From the NCBI GenBank assembly GCA_044892505.1, contig CM097882.1:473928001-473992000 (forward strand): a stretch of 64,000 nucleotides of DNA, written 5' to 3'. Position numbers and translations under genes: made by a program. The notes beneath the pieces were generated by a model. That model ran no database searches. It was not told the DNA's origin and saw only the letters and a program-made list of their open reading frames with translations. Source of the stretch: Schmidtea nova (Eukaryota). This document shows positions 33,244 to 45,314 of the stretch, piece by piece (the stretch's first letter is position 1; every line of letters begins with the position of its first letter).

Positions 33244-35162
33244 GCTACACAGATTGCAATGACACGACCAATTCAATATCACTACAAATTACTATACAGT
33301 TCTTATTACGACATTTCGTGAAGAATAGAACTAACGTATAATGCCTAAAATTTACGATCACTGACTGCTGACTTGGATTCGACAATTGATTAACAAATCT
33401 GATTGTTCTGTTGTTTTGATTCAGTAATGTACTAGACAGGTTGCGACTCATTTCTTACTCGATTTATTCGTGTTTTGCTATGTTTTATTTAATCTTCTCA
33501 AATTTTCCTTTGATTCCACGTTTTACAATAATAAACTCTATTTAACTCAATAAGTTTCTTTACCAGTTTCCTCTACTACAAATTTGTATTTCTCCTATCT
33601 GACTTTCTTTTTTCTAATTTTTAATTTCACTAATCTAAATTTCTAATTCATCTGCTGTGGTTTCTCTTTTTTTTATTTTGTCATTTTCTGATACTTAAGA
33701 TTATCTTTGTTTTTCTATTTCTCTGCCCCAGCATACTCCCTACTTTCTTCCTAGCTCCTGCATTATCTCTGAGAAGCTGTTGAGATATGAATTTTCCTCT
33801 TGTTTTGTTTTTAATTTTCGAATTCCCTTTTCCATTTGTTCTTGTTAATTGGCAATGAACTTTTAAATTACTTTAATTTTTCTATTATCTTCTCCTTTCT
33901 TAATTTTTACTCTCTTCTCTTCTCCGAATTCTAGAACATCACATAAGTTACTCTGTCAATTCCTCCAATGATTTTATTTATTTTTGATATTATTTAATTT
34001 TTTTTTATGTATATCAACTACAAAAACCGATGAACATTTCTGATTTTAGAAATAGAGATATTACTAAATGACGAAACGGTAGCCTGTGAAAAATTAGTCT
34101 GTCTTTCTCGTATCTCTAAATAACATAAAGCAGTGTTTTGCAACCTTTAGGCACATGAAATCCACGTGAAATTTTGATTGTGTACGTGAACCAAAATTAT
34201 AATTTAATATTTTTTAACAAATCCGGAACATAGTTACGGTAGTTTTATTAAATTTGATCTATTGCCTGAAAATATGAAAATATATATGCTAAAATGGATT
34301 TATTTACTTCTGTAAAATAATTAAAGCTTCACTCAGTATTTGATATTGGAGGACGCAGGAGATTTTTAGAGTTGATAGATATTTTGGTTTAATAATCATC
34401 ATTGTCAGAAATACAGCTTCATAAAAATATGAAGTAGAAAATGGCAAAAGTATGTCCAGAGCCATTTCTGAAAATTATTGAAATTCTGTTGAGTCAAAAT
34501 AGATCGTAAAATTTTTGGACAAGATCTTATCGTTCGGTAATTCAATTTTGAGTTCTGTTCTCAACAATATTTGTTCTTTTACGTTGACTTGGAAATGTAA
34601 ATCAGTTCTACCCCTGTTAAAATGCTTGCATAATTTTAGATCGTAACTCAGCAGTTTGTTTTGCAGAGCGGTTAACGAAATAAATTTGAGCGAAAACTAA
34701 TTGAAATGTTACGGTTTATAAACTTTTTTACATTCAATGAAAAATCATAGAAAACAAATTTAATTATTTTTATTATATTTTTACCCCAATAAAAGCAGCT
34801 GAACATATTGTTCATCATAAAATTATTTATAAAATATATTTTTTTTAATTATGCTGGCTTTCGCCTGTAGTTGTAATTTTAATGGATTAAAACCACTAAA
34901 ACTTTTTAACTTCTTTTAATATAATTTAAATCTTTTTTACAATTATACATTATGATAAAATAATTTACAATAATTCGATCAAATTATATAGAGCACAGTC
35001 AATTTAATCAAATTAAAAAGGCATCACGGGTGTGGGCCGCCAACCTGTGTTAATAAACACTGTTAATAGACGATGTTATTTTGTTTTAAAACAAATATTA
35101 GTTTTAGAAATAATTTGGGTTCTCATAAAAATATTTAAATTATTTAAATCTTAGTTACATTA

Positions 35163-35548
35163 ATGTTGGTAAACATTAATTACAAAGGGCGAGTTCCTAT
35201 GAAAATCATACGCAACATGAGATTTCCAACAGGAAAACCTCAACAAATTAAACATAAAAATGATAATCATACTTTTTCAATATATCTTTCAAAACAGGGA
35301 AATGTCGAATAATGGAATGTAAGAAACCTCTGGAAAGCATACTTTATAATATTAAAGATGTTTATCTTCAATCATGTACAATCACTATTGATATCAAACA
35401 AAGAATTAAATTGTATTATTTGTCAAAGAAAACAGAATGTGTATATGAACCAGAAATATTCCCTGCATTGAGACTTGAATCTTATAAACCATTGTGTGTA
35501 AATATATTTACTAGCGGGAAAATAGTTGTTCTCGGATTAAAAACTTAA
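35163..35548 (+). pseudogene. compact intronless TBP-fold gene with one frameshift near 35284
   Basis: Two TBP-like repeats: ...FKTGKCRIMECKK and YEPEIFPALRL...VNIFTSGKIVVLGLK. Confidence 0.65.
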
Positions 35549-36077
35549 TTTTGATTGGTTGGTAAATAAAATAGTTCATGATGTAAAATATTTAATTGGT
35601 TCATCAACACTGCTGGGTTCATGGAGGGGTTAGATGAAAATATTCTAACGATGGCTAGAGATTCCCATCCATGATCATGCATAAATATTCGTATATTCAC
35701 ACTCGAGCTCCCTTGATTATTTCCCTTGATAACCAAGTTGGTGATGCGCAAGGTGGTTAAACAATGATGGGCAGGTGAGCACTATTGCTAGGACTACTCC
35801 CCATTTATGTTTACGGGTTCATTGCCGCCGTTAGAAGGACTTACGCTTTATTCATGAATGATTTCATTAGTTGTGTTTGTAGCATGTATTATTTACTTTC
35901 TCCGATCGATATCAGGTTCTATTTATTTATTTATGTACTTTACGTTTCAATGAATCAATTATGTGATTTGTAAAGAATCCATGTCTGTTATAATTATTAT
36001 ATTCTCTTTACTTTATTAATTAAACTTTACGTTAAGAAATAACAAAAATGTCAATATGAGTGAGAGTTTATTTATTT

Positions 36078-36667
36078 TCATAACAGGTGGATGAAATTTC
36101 CTTCGGAAGGAAAGATTGCGTCTAACAGTTCTGCTTCTGACAATTTTGTAAATTCATCCACCTGACCTTGTAGCCTTTGAGCGAAGAGTTTCCTCTGCCT
36201 TCTTCGCTTCTGGCCAATTCGTTTGCGTTTTTGGTGCGTGCTGAGTGAGGGAGCTTTTACAATAACTGGTTGAGGGTCCCTTTCGATCGTTTCGGTTAGG
36301 CCTTCAACATCCGTGCCGATTGAGATTGTCGAGGTTTTCTCGGTGATCCACCCTTGGTAGGTCACCGGCCGGATTTGTGCTTTCAGCTCTCGCTCTATGT
36401 ATGAAGCCGTCACTGAGTGGAGGCATTACGTAACTTGATCTTGGTTGCCTCCCACTCCATCCGGTAGTCGTCTCCCGTCCGCTGAGCCCACTTGGTTTTA
36501 CTTAGCTGATCTTTCATCTGCGCAGGAGCAAACCAACTCTTGCGCAGATAAGCTATTTGTGCCTCCGCTTTGACCAATTGTTCCTTTACTTGAGCCAATT
36601 CCTTGTCCTGGGCTCTTCGAATTCTCCTTAGTTTATCTATTTCTCTTTGTAACGACTCTGAACTCAT
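36078..36667 (-). CDS. two compact overlapping ORFs of unknown function (36410-36667 coiled-coil-like; 36078-36413 with basic cluster)
   Basis: GC-richer than the flanks, 4-nt stop/start overlap (GTGA), KRKRIGQKRRRQRK. Confidence 0.4.
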
Positions 36668-39600
36668 TTCTACAAAGTGGATTAAGTTAAATTTCTACGC
36701 TAATTGGATTTTTATTGGTATTTGTATCTGTAGCTACTTCAAAAAAAAAGAAAATCAACACACAAAACTATAAATTAAATCTAGCTAAATGTTTATTTAT
36801 TAATCAATCATCAAAAACTGCAGTTTCTAAAAAGGATGTGAAGTTCCTGGTTTACGGTCGTTTTGAGCAACCTGGCCAACGAAAACTTGGGTTTTTTTGG
36901 CTTCGCATTCCCTCCCAAATGACCGGAGTGTAATAAAGGCATGGAGTCCTAGTTGTTTCAATTCCCCTTGGGGGACGTGTCCCCAATATATCATTTGGCT
37001 GGGCCTTCCCTCCGAGTCGTTCACGACTATTATCAATCGGCCAAATCTTTTCGAATAACGTCGGCTTGAGATTGTCCATCCCGGTCCTCCCGATACATGA
37101 CGCGGTCATTGCTATCCGCCCAAATAGAGAACGGACATCTCCTGTTGAAACTGCGGCGCCATTTATACATTTGCGCATTTACTGTTCGCAGAATTGGTGG
37201 AGGTAGATCCTTCAACTACCTGTCATTGTGTTTGGCATCGACCGTCTCTATAGATTTCCTACAATCTGTTAGCAATTGATGTATTCCCGCTAGTGACATC
37301 TGTGTTATTTCACGGAATAAAGGAAATTAATTTATTATTAATAACAATTTTGTTTTAATGCGATTAAAGAAGGGTTGGATTACCTCTGTCGTGATGTACC
37401 ACGATCAGAATAGTCTTATATAGTTCATTTATTTAATTGTCCCTGCGCTATGTACAGCGATCAGGATAACTATTGAAGTAAAATTTAAATAAATTCCTGC
37501 GCTATTTACAGCGATCAGGATAATAATAGAAAATCTCAATCAGATTATTATGCTGTCTCGATGGATCCGTTCGCGTGTTATTCGTCTTAATTTTGTGCAT
37601 GCTAAATTTTAGACCAATTGATTTGGATGATAGATATAATTTCGATCGATGTTTCTCATGTCTAGCTAAGGACTTTGATCCTATTGGTTTTATGATACGC
37701 ATTATCGTATTGGAAAAATTTTCACTACTTAATTACAACTCGCTTACCCCTTGGGATCATAATTAACCTATTTCACTACTCCATTCGATGGAAGGTACGT
37801 TGGACCTTCGGGATGCCCCTTGACGTCTAACAGCCCTCGACTTGATACCCTTGACCAATGCCGACCTATCCTATATGAACCATAAAACCTAAAATTATTA
37901 TCGTGAATCCATCAACTATAAATATTCAAATCATCGAAAATTTTATCAAACCTAAAAAGGTAAAACCGCCATGTGAAACCGTTAAGTCCCACAACGACGA
38001 CTTGGGCTCCCTCGCCGCGTGAGCAGTCGAGGAAGCATGATTATATTCATGAATTAAAATAAATTAAATGCATAAAATCATAATAATAAAACATCAAAAC
38101 TTAGACTAAATTATAATGATGAAATCATGGTACATAATTAATACAATAAAAATAAAAAATAAAATTACTGTTCCAATTCGTTAGTTCGCCGAATAAAAGA
38201 TCAAATTAATCAGTCTCAAAATTTCTATCTCAAAAATAGGCTTCAAAATTATGCTCTAAATTACAGTACTCAGAATTTTATGCTTTAACACAAAGTCTAA
38301 GTCTCAAAAAATTTTATTTTTGGGCTAAAATTATGATTTTCGGATCGGTATTTATACTGATCCGGCTGGTCAGATTGACCAATCAGGATCAGGCCGTCCA
38401 TCAAAGTAATTCTGCTATTTTATTTTATTATAAATATTATTTTATTTCCGGTTCAGGTTTCTCGCTAGGTGGTCCTGATTTTCAAAGTAATTAATCAATT
38501 AATTGTACTAATATTTTGATTTAATTCTTCATATTCCAATTTCAGGCCCCCTTGCTGCTTGTTCTAATATACATTTTGAATTTTCCTTTTGCTGGAAATT
38601 TATTTATTATTAATTATAATTTTATTCTGGTTTTTAATTTAGGTTTTTTCGATGTTTTTTGTCTTTATTATTTTTATTTTTGTTTGAATGGCTCTATTAT
38701 TTTGTCAATTTAGATCACTTGGCGGGCCCAACAACACTATAAAGACAGAAAACCTTTTCTTTCCAATCTTTCTACAATGACAAAAATCTCAGAAACGGGT
38801 CAATATGTGCTCCATTATTTTATTATTTATTTTTTAGCATTTAGAGTTGAAGTTCTTGTTAATAAAATGACCGCTGGAGATATCTCAACAAATCGACTAG
38901 CGCATGGGGAAATAGTGAAGTGAATTACGCAGCAGATGCCCGTTTTCGATCTGGGTCGCCAAAGATCACGATTTATAGTATTGGGGTGGACCCCACTGGC
39001 CGATAACAAAAGAGAATAAATTTTTGCAAACCTACTCTAAATGGTTGATAGTGCTGAAAGACGATCAAATGCAACCTAGGACGATTCTATATATTCTATA
39101 TTCCTTCTCTCATTTTCAAGGAGCTGGGATTTCTATTCATCAGCCCCGCAAAGCCTCAACGCGCAGATAGATCAGAGAAACTTCAGGATGGCACCGAAAT
39201 TGAATCAAAATATGACTCCATCCGGTGGCGGTTACAGGTCCATCATGTGTTCTCCTATCGGAACGAACTATGCTTAAATTGATAAATTTTTGTTAATAAA
39301 GATGTCGTTTCCCGTGTGCTACTCTTGATGGTTCCATATTGTTTTGAAATTCTCATGATTAAATTTTATGGTTGAAATATAATTCATCCAAGTATTAGAA
39401 TTTCGTTCGACTAACCAATAATTTTCACTTTTTTAGAAAACCTTTTCACCTTGAACACACACAAAGCCAGTGACGATTTCCATAATGAGCGACGAGAATA
39501 CGAGAGTGAGATCAAAAGATAAAAACTGCCACCCGGGAGAGTAACGGCTCAAAATGACGATTTGAGAACCCGCTGGTTCGCCCCAGCAAGAATGAAAGAG

Positions 39601-41269
39601 CAAATTTTAAGAACTGAAAGGGCAAAAAGGGTGATTATCGACGCCTAGCTGGAACTGGACGCGTCAAATTGGAACTAAATAATTGCCTAAACTCGCTCAT
39701 CCTATATTGCATAGAAGACTAATTGAAATCTCTTATTCATTCAATCACTTTACAGTGTTGGATCAATACAAATACCCGCAGCCATACTGTTGGAACCAAT
39801 ACCGGGGGCCTGGAAAAGGAAGCGTCCCCGAAATCTGACCAAAATTAAAACACTCCACTCCAAACTGACATACCATCCAAGCGCAAACGATTAGGTTCAA
39901 AGAGACGGTGACAGAAGAAGGAGCTCATTCAACAGCTAGAAGCACCGATCGATCACTTATGTGGTTTGGCCGAAGTCGACCTACTGGCTGAAGTTATCCC
40001 ATTAAAAAGAGAATTACTAGACTGTTATAAAATATATGTATCCTAGTAGAAGTGAGTTGTTTTTAAATAATTCATCAAAGGTATTAGACCCAAGTAACCC
40101 TGAGGCAGATAAGAGAAATTTATCTAGTAATTTTGGATGAATGAGTGTAGAGCGAAGATAGAGTTAGGTAATAGAAAGTTAAAAGTTAATCATGTGACAG
40201 AACCGTAAAATTAGTAGATGCGTTAGTCCTTACATCGGCTGCAAGAACGCGAAAGAGAGAATATAGTGAGAAGTAGTCTTGTTAACGAGGCTCACCTGCT
40301 CACTAGATTCTCGTCACCGTGAAAAATATCAAAATAGTTAATTGAAGAATAACTATAAGTACAAGAGTGAGGTAGTACAGTATTTTTTATGGGTCATGGG
40401 GTGTACAATAATTTCCATTGTCAACAATCATTTTATAACAACACCCATACCAGCCCAACAAAGAGCACTTATTTGCGACACTGATGATATTATTTAGGAG
40501 GTGCGCAATAATTCATACTGATTCATGGGGCATACATATACCCTTATCGATCTATATATAATTTAATAAGCTATGGTCAGAAGACTCAAAACCAACCGTT
40601 CGGTTCAAAAACCTCCACCGATCGGGAGCTCGTGGCCTCGGAGTCGACAGAGCCTCTCCTAAATCAGTTTAATTTGAGAAAATCTAATTGACACAGAGCA
40701 TTATCGACTATTAATATAAAAAACGAATATTATTTCTTCAAATATTTATTTATAATTACAAATAAAACTTAACAATATATCAAACATAAACAAAAAACAT
40801 AAAAGTACCTACTGGCTCCTGCCCACAAACCGTTTCACAAGAATAAATAAAATGAATAATGTTGATGTTGGATGATAGAGTGAATATCAAAAGAAAGGTC
40901 GTTCCGCAATATAAATGGTTAAATTATGATTTTTCATAGTCAATTTATTTTATTTTTATTTATTTTATTTATTTTTATTTATTTTAGTAAATGAATTATT
41001 TATTTGTTTTTCACTAAAATTAGTTTTACAATTTAATTAATTTATTTTCCAAATATTTAATTTTAATAACTTATGTGTGTATCCAATATGGCGTCATTTA
41101 TCGCGCGATAATTGATTAAATAATCAAAATTTTTCCTATTTTGTCCATATCACTGTTATTTTAACGATATTTTAATAGTGATTTCTTCTATAATTTTTAA
41201 TAAATTATTTTCTTAATTTTGATATCAAATCTGTCTTCAATCATGTTTTTTCATATTTAATATACAAGC

Positions 41270-41720
41270 AATGATCTTCCTCATTCAATTCTCGTGTGGT
41301 CTTTCCTATGTATATTTGATCTGCACTCAAATTGTGTGCTCTCTTTTGAGATGCCTCTTTTTTATCGTTTTTATCCCTACCTTGACCGACCTATGAAATG
41401 CGTTTCGTATGTCTACTATTTGTGCCTTACTATTCTATATACTTTTGTGTAATTTTTCTGCCTAATGCTCTTATGTGTTATCGTGAGCTTTAAATTCTCC
41501 TCTTTTTGTGTGTATTTATTTTATGACGCATTCAAACAAAATTTTTAACTTCACTTCTACCAGTCCAAGAATTGTAAACTTGCTGTTGGTCCAGCTTAGT
41601 TGATCTTTTTATGAGAAAATGGTCTAATAATTGGCACCAGAAACAATAAAGCTTTTACTGTATCAACAAATACCTTCAAAAAATCACTTTTCTTGTCATC
41701 TGTTTTTTAAAGCAATTGTT
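41270..41720 (-). pseudogene. possible Penelope-like element remnant (RT end / GIY-YIG)
   Basis: Minus strand QIYIGKTTRELNEEDH and SLQFLD; heavily decayed. Confidence 0.4.
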
Positions 41721-42017
41721 ACGTCTTGTGAAGAGACTTTCGTCGATTTCTGTTACCAATTAAAACTCTCAAATCATTGCGTGAGGGTGTATATGTCGTT
41801 CAATTTAAGTTAAATGCTTAATCAGTTAACAGTTTACTGCAAGTGCTGACTGTTTTGAGCGTCGCTTAAATAAGTGTAATATCCACCAGTCAATTCTTAT
41901 TTGCATTAGATTAACTCATACACCTGTTTATTTGTTTTATATCGAGCATTTTTTTACTTTTTTTAGTGAAAAATATACGATTTTAGTTCATCTTATATTT
42001 AAATAATTAGTCAGATA

Positions 42018-43290
42018 CGTGGTGCGGTCAAAGAGTTTCCGGCCTACCCCAGAAAAAAGTAAAAGCAAGAAACCACAACTATATTTTTATAAACACCAAT
42101 ACCATTACTTCTCGAACCAATTACCTCCGGCATCGACACACATCTGCCAACGACCAGGGAGGGCTTCGAATGCCCCATGGTAAAATGAGTGTGGTAGCTG
42201 GTCAAAAATCCGATTTACAGCCTCCTCTAAATCGCCTGCATCCATGAAATACTGTCCCCTCAGTTGCTTCTTCAATTCCGTAAATAGGCAGTAATCTGAG
42301 GGAGCCAAATCAGGGCTGTATGGAAAGTGGCTAATGATCTCGAAGCCACAGTCATTGAGTTTTGCTTGGGCAATGCGGCTGGTGTGAACTAGCGCATTGT
42401 CATGTTAAAACCAGTGAGGGAGGCCATATGGTTTTCGCCACTTTCTACGAGCTTGCTCAACGAGATTACCGCAATATTGTCCGCTGATTGTCCGTCCCTT
42501 CTCAAGAAAGTCGGTGAGGATCACTCCCTTATGACTCCAAAACACAGTCAACATAAGTTCCCGTCTGTGCGACATTCCGGAACGAGACTTCCAAACTTTT
42601 CCTTCTTCCGGCTTTCTCCATTCCATAGACTCCCGCTTTGATTCAGGCTGATGTAGGGGCAACTGTGTCTCATCAACAGTGAGGATGTTTTGGATAAATC
42701 TTTCTCCATACTTGCGGTAAATGGCGAGGTTCATGAGACACGCATTCTTTCGGTTATTGTACATCTCAGTTGTCAAAAAGCGAGACACAAAGCGAGACAC
42801 CACCTTGTTAAAGTTAAGGTCTTTCAATAATTGCACTACGTACCGTGTGATATTTGTAGGGATTCTTCCAGCTGCCTGGGAGTTATACGGCGATCTTCCA
42901 GTACCATTTTCTCCAATTTTTCCTTCACATCTTCATTTCTCGAAGTCGTTGGTCGACCCTCTCGTTCCTCATCTGACACACTTTGTGGACCCCGTTTGAA
43001 TTCAGCAATCCAAAACTTGATGGTAGACTGAGAGGGACACTTTTCGCCATAGGCTCGATTCAGATTTGCCATGATTTCAACACAAAAGCGAATAGCACTG
43101 CGATACTCAATTTTTTCCAGCGAATGCACTTGCAACGACATTTCCATCTGCAACAGATAAAGTAAATGGATTAGGTCAATAAGATTTTCAACATGAAATT
43201 GTCAATAAATTTCCAATAAAATAAACCTATTTCCATTAAAAAATCAATTTGTTAAGTAGGGTAGGCCGGAAACCTTTTGACCGCACCACG
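42018..43290 (-). mobile_element. full-length (1,273 bp) defective mariner (DD34D)
   Basis: 32-bp TIRs CGTGGTGCGGTCAAA(GA/AG)GTTTCCGGCCTACCC (30/32) with TA on both sides. Transposase from ATG 43147 to stop 42105 with TVDET, HDNAR and YSPDLAPSDY; at least two frameshifts (about 42836 and 42405). Confidence 0.95.
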
Positions 43291-43794
43291 TATGTGATTA
43301 AATTAAACATTGTATATTTTTAAATTTTAAATTTATTTTCACAAAACTTGAGGTTGTATGAGGTACACTGCAAGCAGTTAACTATCGTTCAACTGAAATG
43401 AAAGAGTAAAATAGTGGCTAGTCCATCAAAGAAATACAAATTTTAGAGTCTAAAGTGATATCTAAATTTTTTTTTATTTATTACAATTCATAAATAATGC
43501 ATAATTAGTTATCAGCATTTGTCCAGCATTGGTATGTCTGACTGTTATAAACCAGGATGTTTTATTTTTAACTTAGATTGAGAAGTGTAGACTCAATAGA
43601 GAGCGTAAAGCAATATTGCAGAAAAAGCAAGCAATATTTTCAATTTTAAAGAGACCAATTCGCAAATAAAATCATTTTTTTAATTATTAAAATTACAATT
43701 AAATTTATTTAAAATAATCCATATTAAACGTATTTTGATAACGATCCATAACTTGATACACCAACTGTCTGTAATTAAGGGCAACAAATACATA

Positions 43795-44556
43795 TGTTAG
43801 GGTTGTTAAAATAAACAGGAAATAAATTTAAAATGCACAAATCAAAAAATACGAAAATTGGAAACATAATAATTAAACATTAATTAAAAATTTATAAGAA
43901 TTCAAAATAAAGATTGAAAGGGGAAACTGGTATGGGAAGATGCCAAATGATGAGAAAAATTCAAATATGAAAGTATATAAAATTAAAAATGGAGCCCCAG
44001 AAAGAAATATTAAGAAAATGCAAATTAATTAAAATAATTAATTACCTAATGGGAAACCCGAGCTAATAGAAAACCCAAGCGACGTGGGAAACCGTGGGCA
44101 TCAACAAATTCATTAATTAGGAAAAATAATTTGAATAATAGCAGGGCTCTCCGGGAAAACCCAATTAGCGGCAACTCTAGAGTTAATTAAGCAGTTGAAG
44201 CTGTGACAGGACCAAACTGCTAGGCACTATATAAACGGAGAGCACTTTGCCGAGATTGACAGCTGGTCAAAGAAAAATTCAAAAGAGTTGAGCAAGAAAT
44301 CTGAAAGTGGAAAAGGAAGCTAAAACGGTAATAAGTTATAAAGTATCGATCTATCAATTTCCTGCTTACCAGAAAGGGAGATATCCCATTGGGTCTTCTA
44401 CCCTAGCGGAGAGTGTAGAACATTTTAACTTTCTGTTATTTAGAGTGTTGTTATTGAATCGAAAAATAAAAAATTATTGTGTTGAGTCTAATTTATTTTA
44501 TGAACGAAAGAACACCGAAGTCAGATAACAACCGACTACTGATTAATAACCCAACA
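43795..44556 (+). mobile_element. solo LTR (762 bp)
   Basis: TGTTAGGGTT...AACCCAACA, CATA duplicated on both sides (43791-43794, 44557-44560), internal TATATAAA near 44228 and AATAAA near 44465. Confidence 0.8.
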
Positions 44557-44587
44557 CATATATTAAATGCAGTTTGTGAGTAATAAC

Positions 44588-44670
44588 TACCGTATATACT
44601 CGACTATAGGTCGAGAAATTTATTTGTATTAAAGGACGAAAAAACGGCCTTCGACTTATACTCGAGACGT
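44588..44670 (+). mobile_element. pogo/Tc1-like left-end fragment
   Basis: TACCGTATATACTCGACTATAGGTCGA plus internal TCGACTTATACTCGAG; no right end found. Confidence 0.35.
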
Positions 44671-45225
44671 GAAATAGCCGGAAGATTTCCGAACGAAAAT
44701 AGACTTAACGATTATTTTGTACACCGTTTTTTCGCAGGAAAAATAACATTTACACAAATATGTATATAAAGACAAAAAGAATATACTCATATAAAAATAA
44801 GATTATACTATATTAGTACTATATGTTACCATTTTCTTTATTTTGGCTTGCGTTTACTTCCGCCAAAACAAATAGATAGTACGCATGCATAATCACGGAA
44901 CACGGACACATATATGTAGCGTAGAAGTCTTTGTTTCTTTGGCTGTCTAGATAGTCTATGCCCTAGAGCGGTATGGGGCGTAAAACATCATTTATTGGAA
45001 TCAATTACCCCATTTATTTTTTTATCACCAATATAATAAAATAATCCAAAAGTGCTGGTGTTAATGTCTTTATCTCATTGATTTAATTATCGGTTTTGAA
45101 CTAAACGTGGTTACATAAAGCAATTATAGTATTATTGATGATGGTAAAGGAAATTTGAACATTTTGTTTCCAAATATGAACTTTTAGCAAATGTTAAATT
45201 AACTTAATATTTTACGTTCAATATC

Positions 45226-45228
<3 letters not shown>

Positions 45229-45310
<82 letters not shown>
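45229..45310. repeat. (TA)41 microsatellite
   Basis: 82 nt of perfect TA. Confidence 0.95.
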
Positions 45311-45314
<4 letters not shown>

